Of a DNA stretch of 64,000 nucleotides, positions 8,646 to 18,662 are shown one piece after another. The notes under the pieces were generated by a model. It was not told the DNA's origin, did not search any database, and saw nothing but the letters and a program-made list of their open reading frames with translations. The position numbers were made by a program, and so were the translations under genes. Source of the stretch: an uncultured Bacilli bacterium (GTDB taxonomy: Bacteria > Bacillota_I > Bacilli_A > RF39 > UBA660); the NCBI GenBank assembly GCA_944363715.1, contig CALVUX010000004.1, positions 5,140 through 69,139 of the forward strand, written 5' to 3'. Position 1 is the stretch's first letter. Each line of letters starts with the position of its first letter.

Positions 8646-9422
8646 ATGAAGATTTTTAAAGATTTATATCAATATCGTGAACTTTTAAAGACAAACGTTA
8701 GAAAAGAAATACGAGGTAAATATAAAGGATCTTTTCTAGGTGTTCTATGGTCTTTTATTAATCCATTATTAATGGTTTTAGTATATGCAATTGTTTTTCC
8801 TTTAATTTTAAAAAGTTCAGAGCCTAATTATGTAATATTTCTTATAGTTGGAATTATTCCTTGGAATTTTTTTACAACTGTAATTAATCAAGGAACTACT
8901 ACTATTGTTAATAATGGTAATATAATAAAGAAAGTTTATTTTCCTAGAGAAATATTACCAATATCAGTAGTTACTAGTGGTTTAATTAATTTCTTTATTT
9001 CCTGTATTATCATTTTAATATTTATTATTTTTGGTGGGATGAGTTTATCACCTGTTATGTTACTCTTACCATTAATTGCTATTATTCAATATATTTTATC
9101 CTTAGGCATTATATTTATCTTAAGTGCTATAAATGTATATGTTAGAGATATTGAATATATAGTTAATTTTATTGTTATGATGCTATTTTATGCTACACCT
9201 ATCTTATACTCTAGTGAATTGTTTGCTAATACAGCTTTTGAATGGATTATGTATGTTAATCCTATGGCTCATATTATCAATGCATATAGGGATATATTCT
9301 ATTATCAAGTATTACCAGATTTTTCTATACTTGCTATAGTAGGAATTATTAGTTTTGCAATACTTATTATAGGTTACCAAATATTTAAAAAATTAGAAAA
9401 AAGATTTGCTGAGGAATTATAA
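8646..9422 (+). CDS. ABC-2 type polysaccharide exporter permease (TagG / Wzm / RgpC-like)
   Basis: Six predicted TM segments. The conserved N-terminal motif YRELLKTNVRKEIRGKYKGSFLGVLWSFINP is typical of Wzm/TagG. Adjacent to the ATPase. Confidence 0.85.
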   Translation: MKIFKDLYQYRELLKTNVRKEIRGKYKGSFLGVLWSFINPLLMVLVYAIVFPLILKSSEPNYVIFLIVGIIPWNFFTTVINQGTTTIVNNGNIIKKVYFPREILPISVVTSGLINFFISCIIILIFIIFGGMSLSPVMLLLPLIAIIQYILSLGIIFILSAINVYVRDIEYIVNFIVMMLFYATPILYSSELFANTAFEWIMYVNPMAHIINAYRDIFYYQVLPDFSILAIVGIISFAILIIGYQIFKKLEKRFAEEL

Positions 9423-9423
9423 G

Positions 9424-10299
9424 ATGAAAAAAAATGAAAGAGTGGAAGCAGTATTTATAATTTTACATTATAAGAATATAAACGATACAATAGAATGTAT
9501 AAATTCAATTAGAACCCTTGAAGATAATAACTATAAAATTGTTGTTGTAGATAATAATAGTGGCATAAAAGAAGATGATATAAAGTTAAAGAGTTTAATA
9601 GATGATCTAATAATTTTAGAAGAGAATATTGGCTTTGCTAAGGGGAATAATAAAGGAATAGATTTAGCAAGAGAAAAATATCATCCTGATTTTATGATAG
9701 TTATTAATAATGATACATTATTAACTCAAAAAGATTTATTGAAAAGAGTACATAATATTTATCAAAAGCATCCATTTGATGCTTTAGGATTTAAAATTCT
9801 AACTAATGAAGGAGATTCAGTAAATCCTTTCCCAGTTTATGATACTTTAGATAAAGTTAATAAGGCTATTGATAGAGAAGAGATGCTGTTAAAAATATAT
9901 AATAGTAAATTTAAAAGATTTTTACTGAGAAGTTATTCTAAATTTAAAAGATTTATAAAAAAGCCTAAACATTTAGAAAATGCTAATTGTTTTATGGAAG
10001 ATGTAGCCCTTCATGGTTGTGCAATTATATTTTCTAAAAGATATTATGAAAAGTATAAAGATTGTTTTTATTCTCATACATTTCTTTATCATGAAGAAGA
10101 GTTTTTAGATTATCGTAGGAGAAAAGATAATTTAAAATTTATTTATGATCCTGATATAGAAATATTTCATAAAGAAGGGTCTTCTCTTAATTATGATTAT
10201 AATGATGATTTATATAGAAAATTAATTTTTAGAGAAAAAAATATTTTAAAGTCATTAAAACTATTAAAAGAAGTTATGATAAAAAATAAAAAAATATAA
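9424..10299 (+). CDS. GT2-family glycosyltransferase (rhamnosyltransferase-like)
   Basis: N-terminal VEAVFIILHYKN...VVVDNNS...GFAKGNNKGI...INNDT is a GT-A/GT2 signature. ATG at 9424 is preferred over the TTG at 9406. Confidence 0.75.
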   Translation: MKKNERVEAVFIILHYKNINDTIECINSIRTLEDNNYKIVVVDNNSGIKEDDIKLKSLIDDLIILEENIGFAKGNNKGIDLAREKYHPDFMIVINNDTLLTQKDLLKRVHNIYQKHPFDALGFKILTNEGDSVNPFPVYDTLDKVNKAIDREEMLLKIYNSKFKRFLLRSYSKFKRFIKKPKHLENANCFMEDVALHGCAIIFSKRYYEKYKDCFYSHTFLYHEEEFLDYRRRKDNLKFIYDPDIEIFHKEGSSLNYDYNDDLYRKLIFREKNILKSLKLLKEVMIKNKKI

Positions 10300-10309
10300 G
10301 GAGTACAAT

Positions 10310-12244
10310 ATGAAAAAAGAAGGAATATCAATAATAATACCATGTTACAATACAGAACAATATATAGAAAAATGCTTAGATTCTATTTTGAAGCAAAATT
10401 TAGAAAAGTTTGAGATCATTTTGGTTGATGATTGTTCTACTGATAAAACTGTTTCTATTATTAAGCGTTATATGAAAAAATGTCCTTATATAAAATTAAT
10501 TAAAAATAAGGAAAATCATGGTGCTGGTTATAATAGAAATATTGCTTTAAAAGAAGCCAAATATGATTTAATATCTTTTATTGATTCAGATGATTATTTA
10601 GAAGATAATTTTTATGAAGAATTATATAAAGCTATTACTAAAGAGAAAGCAGATGTTGCAGTATGTGATATTTTTATAAAGTTTGATTCATCTTTTGAAA
10701 ATCAAACAGATGTAAGAGCTGTTGAGTGTGAAGGAAAAGTAACAAAAGAAAATATTTTAAATCAAGGTCATGCAGCTTCACCATGCAATAAATTATTTAG
10801 AAAGGAGTTATTAGAAAAATTTCCATTTCCAACTGGGATAATGAACGAAGATGTAGCAACTGTATTAGCCACTATAATAAATGCGAAAAAAATAGCTTAT
10901 ACTGGTGATACATATTATAATTATATTCAAAGACAAAAATCTATACAGAATGATACTTTAAGTTTTAAACGATTTGATATTTTTAAAGCACTTGATATTT
11001 TAGAGAGCCGTATTAATAAAGTAAAAGGATATAAAAAATATTTTGACATAATTATATATCAACAAGTTATTATGTTTTATTTATATATTCCACCTAAAGA
11101 AGATAAATTTATCAAACGTTATAAGTTTTTAAAAGAATTATACAAGAAAAGTGCTAAATATAAAATTAGGCAAAATCATTATTTTTGGAATTTTTTAGAA
11201 ACACAAGGAACTAAACATAAATATTATTATAAACTCTACTTAAAATTTAATGATAGTGGTTTGTGCTTTTTAGCAAATATGATGATATCTTTTTATAAAT
11301 TTTATTCTAGAAATCTAGTTAAAACAGTTATTCCTTCTAAGATAACTTTGGACACTCTTATTGATTTAGCAGAAAAACAAAGTAATAAAAAAGAAAGTGG
11401 TAAAACTATTTCTGTAGTAATACCAAACTATAATTATGCTGATTTTATGTATCAGAGAGTTTATAGTATTTTATATCAAACTGAAAAAATAGATGAGTTA
11501 ATAATATTAGATGATTGTTCTAAAGATAATAGTAGAGAAGTTATAGATGAACTTGTGGATAAACTAAAACAATATATTAATATTAAAAAGATTTATAATG
11601 ATGTTAATAGCGGTTCAGCTTTTAAACAATGGGAGAAAGGTTTTGAAAATGCTACAGGTGACTATGTTTGGATTGCAGAAGCAGATGATTTTTGCCAAAA
11701 ACAATTTTTGAAATCAGTTTTAAAACCTATTAAAGAGGATGATTCTATAGTTATATCATATACAGATACAGCATTTATAGATAAATTTGGAAAGATAATT
11801 CTTCCTTCTATAAAACCAGAAATAGATATATTAAAATCAGGTCATTGGGATCATGATTTTATTGAAAATGGTGAAGATGAGATAAAAAAATACGCTTATT
11901 TAAATTGTACTATTGCTAATGTTTCTTCTGTTGTCTTTAAAAATAATAACTATAAAAATTATTTTGCTAAATCTGGCAAATATAAACAAGCTGGAGATTG
12001 GCTATTCTATGTTAATGTTATGAAAGAGGGTAAAATTGCTTTTATTAATAAACCTTATAATTTTTATCGTGTACATGGTAATAATGTTACTAGTTTAAAT
12101 AAGAAACAAGCTCAATTGAATGAAATCAAAATGGTTCATAAAGAAATAGGTAAGATGTATAAATTAACAAAGAAACAAAAAAATGAAATAGAAAAAAGGT
12201 ATAAGTTTTTAATAAGAGTATGGCAATTGGAGGGTGATAAATAA
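10310..12244 (+). CDS. Bifunctional glycosyltransferase with two GT2 domains
   Basis: Two GT2 signatures are present: ISIIIPCYNTEQYIEKCLDSILKQ...VDDCSTD...DSDD, and ISVVIPNYNYADFMYQRVYSILYQ...LDDCSKDNS...AEADD. Confidence 0.8.
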   Translation: MKKEGISIIIPCYNTEQYIEKCLDSILKQNLEKFEIILVDDCSTDKTVSIIKRYMKKCPYIKLIKNKENHGAGYNRNIALKEAKYDLISFIDSDDYLEDNFYEELYKAITKEKADVAVCDIFIKFDSSFENQTDVRAVECEGKVTKENILNQGHAASPCNKLFRKELLEKFPFPTGIMNEDVATVLATIINAKKIAYTGDTYYNYIQRQKSIQNDTLSFKRFDIFKALDILESRINKVKGYKKYFDIIIYQQVIMFYLYIPPKEDKFIKRYKFLKELYKKSAKYKIRQNHYFWNFLETQGTKHKYYYKLYLKFNDSGLCFLANMMISFYKFYSRNLVKTVIPSKITLDTLIDLAEKQSNKKESGKTISVVIPNYNYADFMYQRVYSILYQTEKIDELIILDDCSKDNSREVIDELVDKLKQYINIKKIYNDVNSGSAFKQWEKGFENATGDYVWIAEADDFCQKQFLKSVLKPIKEDDSIVISYTDTAFIDKFGKIILPSIKPEIDILKSGHWDHDFIENGEDEIKKYAYLNCTIANVSSVVFKNNNYKNYFAKSGKYKQAGDWLFYVNVMKEGKIAFINKPYNFYRVHGNNVTSLNKKQAQLNEIKMVHKEIGKMYKLTKKQKNEIEKRYKFLIRVWQLEGDK

Positions 12245-12245
12245 A

Positions 12246-13787
12246 ATGCTTTCTTTTATAAAAAAAAATAGAGTTTTAATAATTTTTACTATCTTCTTTG
12301 CAATGCTTTTATTCCAACATCAATTTTTATGGCTATATCATGATGATTATGGATATGCTTCTCTTAGTTATGCAGTAGATATTGGAAATATAGGTCATGA
12401 ATATGGGATATTAGATATTTTTAATTTCTTAGGTCAACATTATTTACAATGGGGTGGCCGAATAACTTGTTTCTTTATTGAATGTTTATTACTTAGATTT
12501 GGATTACCAATTTATAGAATTGCACAAAGTATAGTGATACTTGCAATATTTTATTTAATATATAAACTGGTTTCAAAAAGAGCTAATATTAGCGATTATA
12601 AGGTTGCTCTATTAACCATTTCAATGTATGGTTTTCTCGAGATAATGATAGTGCGTGATGGTATTTTTTGGATAACTGGTGCTGTTAATTATTTATTCCC
12701 ACTTTTAACTTTTCTTTTGTTAGTTTATTTTGTAGAAACAAATAAAGATAAAGGCAAATTATTTTTTGTTCTTCAAATACTTCTTGCATTTTTTGCAGGC
12801 TTTTCTCATGAACAAACTTCTGCTATGACAATTGCCTTTCTTGGATTTATAATTATTAAGGAAAAGATTTTAACAAAAAAATTTAATATAAAAAAAATAG
12901 TTACTTTTATTTTTGCACTAGTTGGTTTTCTTTTATTATTATTTTGTCCAGGTAGTTATAATAGATTGGGTTCTACTTCTACATTTGAAGGCATGAATAT
13001 TATTGAAAAGTTAGACTTTAGTTTTACAAATTTAATAAATGGTTTTTTTAGTGAATATAATGGTGCTTTTTTATTTATATTTTTTCTGATGATTTTGTAT
13101 ATATCAATCGAAAATATAAAAAATAATAAAAATAATAATATTATTATAAAAATTGCATCTTTTTCTAATATAGTTATTGTATTAATAAGTTTCTTAAAAC
13201 GCTCTTCAAATTATTTTATATTTATGCAAGGTTTGTTTAGTAATTCTATATACCATGTGTTAATATTATTTGTATTTATAATTCAATTATGTTTAATTGT
13301 ATACTCCTTGATAATTTTTATAGGTAAAAAAGATTTATTATTAATTAATTTATTTATTAGCAGTCTAGCAAGCATATCTGTGATGTTAATTTCTTCGTAT
13401 TATCCTATGCGTGCTTCACTTGGTTTTATAATAATTAATTATATAATTTTGCTTGTAATTTTTTGCAAATTTTTTGAAAAAAATAAAAGATTAAGATATT
13501 TTAATTATTTTTTAGTTGCAATTTGCATTTTTGCTTTTATTAATTATGGTACAATAACTAAAGGATATTATAACAATAATTTTGTTAATAAATATAATGA
13601 CAATATTTTACAACAAAGTAGTCTAAAAATTAAACAGGGGAAAAATATTAAAAAAATAGTTTTAAAAAAATTACCTGATATTGCATATTCAGGTGATCAA
13701 CCTTATATAGATGGCTTTGAATATATAGAGAAATGGATTAAAAATTATTATGAGCTTCCAGAAAGGATAAAAATAGTTTATGAGTAG
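12246..13787 (+). CDS. Polytopic integral membrane protein, probable glycan polymerase or GT-C-type transferase (function unassigned)
   Basis: More than 10 hydrophobic segments. Embedded in the glycan locus. ATG at 12246 lies 11 nt after GGAGGG. Confidence 0.45.
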   Translation: MLSFIKKNRVLIIFTIFFAMLLFQHQFLWLYHDDYGYASLSYAVDIGNIGHEYGILDIFNFLGQHYLQWGGRITCFFIECLLLRFGLPIYRIAQSIVILAIFYLIYKLVSKRANISDYKVALLTISMYGFLEIMIVRDGIFWITGAVNYLFPLLTFLLLVYFVETNKDKGKLFFVLQILLAFFAGFSHEQTSAMTIAFLGFIIIKEKILTKKFNIKKIVTFIFALVGFLLLLFCPGSYNRLGSTSTFEGMNIIEKLDFSFTNLINGFFSEYNGAFLFIFFLMILYISIENIKNNKNNNIIIKIASFSNIVIVLISFLKRSSNYFIFMQGLFSNSIYHVLILFVFIIQLCLIVYSLIIFIGKKDLLLINLFISSLASISVMLISSYYPMRASLGFIIINYIILLVIFCKFFEKNKRLRYFNYFLVAICIFAFINYGTITKGYYNNNFVNKYNDNILQQSSLKIKQGKNIKKIVLKKLPDIAYSGDQPYIDGFEYIEKWIKNYYELPERIKIVYE

Positions 13788-15294
13788 AATAATAAAGTTT
13801 TTTTATGTTTTTTTTGCTATTATCTTTTTATATTTGCTTATAAATATTCCATTTAGAGAAATATCAACTCTTTATGATATTAATTCATTAATCTTTGTAC
13901 CAATAAGTATAATAATAATCTTTATTTGGTATTTTATATATAAAGTAGTTAATAAGAAATTTAATAAACTTACAAATAAAAAGAAAATTATTTTGATATG
14001 TTCTACATTTATTTTTATTATAATTATAGAAATTTTAATTATTCTTTTTTTAGATGTTCCTTTAGGGTGGGATTTTGAAGTTGTATATCAACAAGCGAAA
14101 AGTTATGTTTTAAACCATGCACATTTAAATAGTGGTGGTGTACCACATTATTTTCAATATTTTCCAAATAATATTCCAATTTTTATTGTGTTAGTTATTG
14201 TTTTTAAATTTTTTCAAATATTTGGTATGAATGACTTTTTATTAGTTGGTGAAATATTTAATGCTATTTTGATTTTGTTGACTATTATTTTTACTTATTT
14301 ATTTATAAAAAAAAGTTATGGAGAAGCAAAAGCATATTTTTCATTGTTAATATCTTTGTTTTTTATTCCACTATTCTTATATATTCCAGTATTTTATTCT
14401 GATACATTTTCAATATTATTCGTTCCATTAATCCTTTATACATCTGCATTTTTTAATTCTTCTAATAAAAAATATAGAATTATTTCATATTTGTGTTTTG
14501 GAATATTTTCTTTCATAGGGTGTAAAATGAAAATGACTGTAATTTTTATTCCTTTGGCCATTATCTTTGCTCAAATGTTGAAAGCTAATTATAAATGTTT
14601 TTTGATTTTATTATCATCATTAGTTCTTTCTTTCTTAGTTTTGGGTAGTTTTTATAATTATTTTGTTCTTGAAAAAGATATTTTTTATGCAAAATATGAT
14701 AATTATGGAGCAATCCCTTATACTCATTGGGTAATGATGGGAATTGAGGATGGAGAGGTTAAAGATCATAATTCTTATGGCGGATATAATGGTGATGATT
14801 ATGAGAAAACAGAAAGTTTTAAAACTGGCAGAGATAGTATGAAATATCATATAAAAGAAATAAAGAGAAGAATTAATAAATGGGGTTTTATTGGTTATGC
14901 TAATTATCTTACAAATAAAGCTGTTAATGCATGGGGAGACGGAAATTATTATGCTGCTATAAAACTGAATTGGCAAAACAAATATAATACAAATAATTTT
15001 CAAAAAATTATTTCTGGAAGTGATAATAATCATTATATGATATATTTTAATTCTAGTGTTTCATTTGCGTTTTTGATTTTATTAGTAATGTCATTTTTAT
15101 GGGCATTAATTAAAAAAGATAATAATTTGTTAGTGATTCAATTATCCATTTCTATGATTTTTGTATTTTTACTATTATGGGAAAATCGTTCTAGATATTT
15201 ATATAATTATATTCCAATTTTTAATATTGTAATTGTCTATTATATAGATAAGCTTAAGTTATTAGGATTAAGATGGAAGAAATATCGAGGGTAG
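13780..15294 (+). CDS. GT-C fold membrane glycosyltransferase (GT39/ArnT/PMT_2-like), uses a polyprenyl-phosphate sugar
   Basis: Multi-TM N-terminal region with an extracytoplasmic loop (GWDFEVVYQQA...) and a large soluble loop. Next to a GtrB-like gene. Confidence 0.5.
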   Translation: MSRIIKFFYVFFAIIFLYLLINIPFREISTLYDINSLIFVPISIIIIFIWYFIYKVVNKKFNKLTNKKKIILICSTFIFIIIIEILIILFLDVPLGWDFEVVYQQAKSYVLNHAHLNSGGVPHYFQYFPNNIPIFIVLVIVFKFFQIFGMNDFLLVGEIFNAILILLTIIFTYLFIKKSYGEAKAYFSLLISLFFIPLFLYIPVFYSDTFSILFVPLILYTSAFFNSSNKKYRIISYLCFGIFSFIGCKMKMTVIFIPLAIIFAQMLKANYKCFLILLSSLVLSFLVLGSFYNYFVLEKDIFYAKYDNYGAIPYTHWVMMGIEDGEVKDHNSYGGYNGDDYEKTESFKTGRDSMKYHIKEIKRRINKWGFIGYANYLTNKAVNAWGDGNYYAAIKLNWQNKYNTNNFQKIISGSDNNHYMIYFNSSVSFAFLILLVMSFLWALIKKDNNLLVIQLSISMIFVFLLLWENRSRYLYNYIPIFNIVIVYYIDKLKLLGLRWKKYRG

Positions 15295-15474
15295 AAAAGA
15301 AATAATTTTATTAATTATAATAAGAATTGTAGCTTTTTATTATTTTTTCCATTATTTTATCTATTTTTATATTAATTGAAAAAAGTGTTAAATATTTACA
15401 ATGATTTAAGTTAATGGTAAACTAGTTTTAGTAATATTAAAATATTATGAAACTAGTATGAGGAAGTGTTATTT

Positions 15475-16443
15475 ATGAAAAGAAAACAAGTTAGTCAAGA
15501 TATTTTATATGTTGTAATACCATGTTACAATGAAGAAGAAGTTTTAGAAGAAACTACAAGGCAGTTAAAAGAGAAAATGAAGGATTTAATCACAACAAAG
15601 AAAATAAGCGATAAAAGTAGAGTTATGTATGTTAATGATGGCAGCAAGGATAAAACTTGGAATATCATTGAAAAAATCCATAGAAAAGAAAAACTATTTA
15701 CTGGTATATCCTTATCCAGAAATAGAGGACATCAAAATGCATTATTAGCAGGTTTAATGACTGCGAAAAATTATGCTGATGTAGTTATTAGTATGGATGC
15801 TGATTTACAGGATGATATTAATGCTATGGATGAAATGTTAGATAAATATTATCAAGGTAATGATATTGTCTATGGAGTTAGAAGTTCCAGAAAAAAAGAT
15901 ACTTGGTTTAAAAGAACTACTGCTGAAGGTTTCTATAAATTTATGAATAAAATGGGAGTAGATGTTGTTTATAATCATGCTGATTATAGGTTGACTAGTA
16001 AAAGGGTATTAGACTATTTAGAAAATTACAAGGAGGTAAATTTATTCTTGCGTGGTATTTTTCCTTTAATTGGTTTTTCATCAGACATTGTTTACTATGA
16101 GAGAAACGAAAGATTTGCAGGTGAGAGTAAATATCCATTAAAAAAGATGCTTTCTTTTGCATGGGATGGTATTACTTCTTTTTCAATTCGTCCAATAAAA
16201 CTTGTTTTAAATTTAGGAATCTTTATTTTTGCTATTAGTATATTGATTTTAATATATTGTTTAATAGTTAAATTATTTGGTTATACAGTTGATGGTTGGA
16301 CATTTATTATGTGTTCTATCTGGATTGTAGCAGGGCTTGAAATGTTATCTTTAGGAATAATAGGAGAATATGTTGGTAAAATTTACAGTGAGACCAAAGC
16401 AAGACCTAGGTATATAATATCTAGAAATCTAAATGAAGAGTAA
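15475..16443 (+). CDS. GtrB/CsbB-like GT2 polyprenyl-phosphate glycosyltransferase with two C-terminal TM helices
   Basis: ILYVVIPCYNEEEVL...YVNDGSKDKT...SRNRGHQNALLAGL...DADLQDD, plus two C-terminal TM segments and GEYVGKIYSE, match the GtrB family. Confidence 0.85.
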   Translation: MKRKQVSQDILYVVIPCYNEEEVLEETTRQLKEKMKDLITTKKISDKSRVMYVNDGSKDKTWNIIEKIHRKEKLFTGISLSRNRGHQNALLAGLMTAKNYADVVISMDADLQDDINAMDEMLDKYYQGNDIVYGVRSSRKKDTWFKRTTAEGFYKFMNKMGVDVVYNHADYRLTSKRVLDYLENYKEVNLFLRGIFPLIGFSSDIVYYERNERFAGESKYPLKKMLSFAWDGITSFSIRPIKLVLNLGIFIFAISILILIYCLIVKLFGYTVDGWTFIMCSIWIVAGLEMLSLGIIGEYVGKIYSETKARPRYIISRNLNEE

Positions 16444-16448
16444 TTGCT

Positions 16449-16480
16449 AAAAATTGTCAAATTCTTGGCAATTTTTTTTA
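16449..16480 (+). terminator. Rho-independent terminator after the GtrB-like gene
   Basis: 10-bp stem AAATTGTCAA / TTGGCAATTT, 4-nt loop, followed by a T-run. Confidence 0.8.
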
Positions 16481-16539
16481 ATTCCTTTTTAATTATTCTT
16501 TTATATGATATGATAAAAGTAATTAGAAAGGTTTAGACT

Positions 16540-17796
16540 ATGAAGAAAAATATTATAAAATTAATAGAATTATTTTTAATACTAAGTCCACTTTTTGATA
16601 TGTTAACGGCATGTATGTTGCAACTTTTAAATATCAATTTTACTATTGGAATGGTAGTTAGATTTATAATAATTTTAATATGTGTTTTCTATCTTATATT
16701 TATATATAAAAGTAAAGATAAAAAGTACTTGTTATTAATGTTAGGAAGTATCTTTATATATCTTGTTATCTTTGGAGTATTAACAATAGTTAATAAAGAT
16801 ATATCAGTCTTATTATATGAAGGACAGAATGCTCTTAAAACCTTTTATTTACCAATTTTATTACTTAGTTTTTATGCTATTGTTAAAGAAAATAAAACCT
16901 TTATTACTAATAAGACTATAGTTACTGTGTATATCATTTATCTTTTAGGTATCTTTATTCCTGATTTTTTAGGAATAGGATTTGATAGTTATGCAATTAG
17001 TAAAGAGGGAAGTATTGGCTTTTTTAACACAGCTAATGAGATTAGTGCCATTATTTCAATATTAATGCCTTTCTTTTTACTTTATCTTTATGAGAAAAAG
17101 AATTTTTTCTTAACAGTATTATTGATAGGCATTTTAGTCTTTGATATCTTAAGTATAGGTACTAAAGGACCACTACTTGCTTTTATCATTATACTAGGAG
17201 TTATCTTATTAATTTATATAATTTATTTAGTTAAAGAAAAATTGTATAAAGTGCTTTCTATTCTCATAGTAACATTATTTTTATTCATTTTATTTATAAG
17301 TATTTATTTACCTAGAACAGCTTTCTATAAAAATATAGAAATACATTTAGACTTTCTAGGTGTTGATAATGTTATGGAAGTCTTTACTGATTATGAGTTA
17401 TTTGATCACTTTGTCTTTAGTTCTAGACTTAAATTCTTAGGTAATACCTTTAATAGTTATAAAGACTCTAGTACTTTAGAAAAGATATTTGGTATTGGTT
17501 ATATTGAAAATTATGGAACTGATGATGTTAGTACGAAGATGATTGAAATGGATTATTTTGATATTTTATTTAGACATGGTATAGTTGGCTTTATTATTTA
17601 TATGGGAGTATTTATTTATTTCCTTTGTAAAACTTTTAAACATACTTATAGATTAAAAGATAACACCTATAAGATATGTAATTATTTATCGCTTTCCTTA
17701 ATTATATTATTATCATTAATTACAGGTCATGTTTTACTAGCACCATCTGTTAGTATTTTTGTAGCGATTATTTTAACTAAGAAGGATGTGGTATAA
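16540..17796 (+). CDS. O-antigen ligase/polymerase-like membrane protein (Wzy_C family)
   Basis: About 11 TM segments. Central motif LSIGTKGPLLAFIIILG and a large external loop are typical of the Wzy_C/O-antigen ligase family. Confidence 0.6.
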   Translation: MKKNIIKLIELFLILSPLFDMLTACMLQLLNINFTIGMVVRFIIILICVFYLIFIYKSKDKKYLLLMLGSIFIYLVIFGVLTIVNKDISVLLYEGQNALKTFYLPILLLSFYAIVKENKTFITNKTIVTVYIIYLLGIFIPDFLGIGFDSYAISKEGSIGFFNTANEISAIISILMPFFLLYLYEKKNFFLTVLLIGILVFDILSIGTKGPLLAFIIILGVILLIYIIYLVKEKLYKVLSILIVTLFLFILFISIYLPRTAFYKNIEIHLDFLGVDNVMEVFTDYELFDHFVFSSRLKFLGNTFNSYKDSSTLEKIFGIGYIENYGTDDVSTKMIEMDYFDILFRHGIVGFIIYMGVFIYFLCKTFKHTYRLKDNTYKICNYLSLSLIILLSLITGHVLLAPSVSIFVAIILTKKDVV

Positions 17797-18662
17797 TGAG
17801 AAAATTAGTTTTTATTATTATTAATTATAATGATTATAAAACTACGAAAAGATTACTTGATAATATTAAAGATTATAAAGTAATAGATAAAATATATGTA
17901 GTTGACAATCATTCTACTGATGATTCTTATAGTAGGTTAAAAAAAATAAAGATTAAAAGATATGAAGTAATTGAGTCTCCTAGTAATAATGGTTTCGCTT
18001 CTGCTTTAAATATAGGGGCTAAAAAAGCGATAGATGACTTTTCTAATGTAGATATTATCTTTTCTAATTCTGATATTATTATTAATAGTAATGATGATTT
18101 AGAAGATTTAAAAAAGACTTTAGATAAACGTGATATTGGTCTAGTTGGACCAGTTGTAGTTCAAAATGGAGAATTAAATAGAGGATGGAAACTACCTAGA
18201 CCTAGTGATGAAATACTTGGTAATTTACCTGGACTAGGTAAGAAATTTAACAAAAAAATATATTATGATGATGCTCATTATAAAGGAGAAAGTAGTGAAG
18301 TAGAAGTTATATCATTTTGTTTTTTCTTAATTAAAAGTGAAGTATTAAAGAAAATGGGCTTTTTTGATGAAAATACCTTTTTATACTATGAAGAAAATAT
18401 AATGGCAAGTAAACTTAAACATACTAGATATAAAATATTAGTTAATAATAATGTTACTATTATTCATGATCATTCTATTAGTGTTGATAAAAATATTAGT
18501 TATATTAATAAATTTAAAATATTAAAAAAAAGTCAAATGTATTTTGAAACTACTTATAACCATGCTAATAGTATAGAGAAATTTTTATTAAAATTGACAA
18601 TAAGATTAACACTTTTAACATTATATGTTAGAATATTTGTAAGAGGAGGTTTAAGGAAATGA
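17796..18662 (+). CDS. GT2-family glycosyltransferase (rhamnosyltransferase-like)
   Basis: [21 protein letters not shown]...[10 protein letters not shown]...[11 protein letters not shown]...SNSD is a GT2 signature. Translationally coupled (ATGA) with the upstream gene. Confidence 0.75.
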   Translation: MRKLVFIIINYNDYKTTKRLLDNIKDYKVIDKIYVVDNHSTDDSYSRLKKIKIKRYEVIESPSNNGFASALNIGAKKAIDDFSNVDIIFSNSDIIINSNDDLEDLKKTLDKRDIGLVGPVVVQNGELNRGWKLPRPSDEILGNLPGLGKKFNKKIYYDDAHYKGESSEVEVISFCFFLIKSEVLKKMGFFDENTFLYYEENIMASKLKHTRYKILVNNNVTIIHDHSISVDKNISYINKFKILKKSQMYFETTYNHANSIEKFLLKLTIRLTLLTLYVRIFVRGGLRK

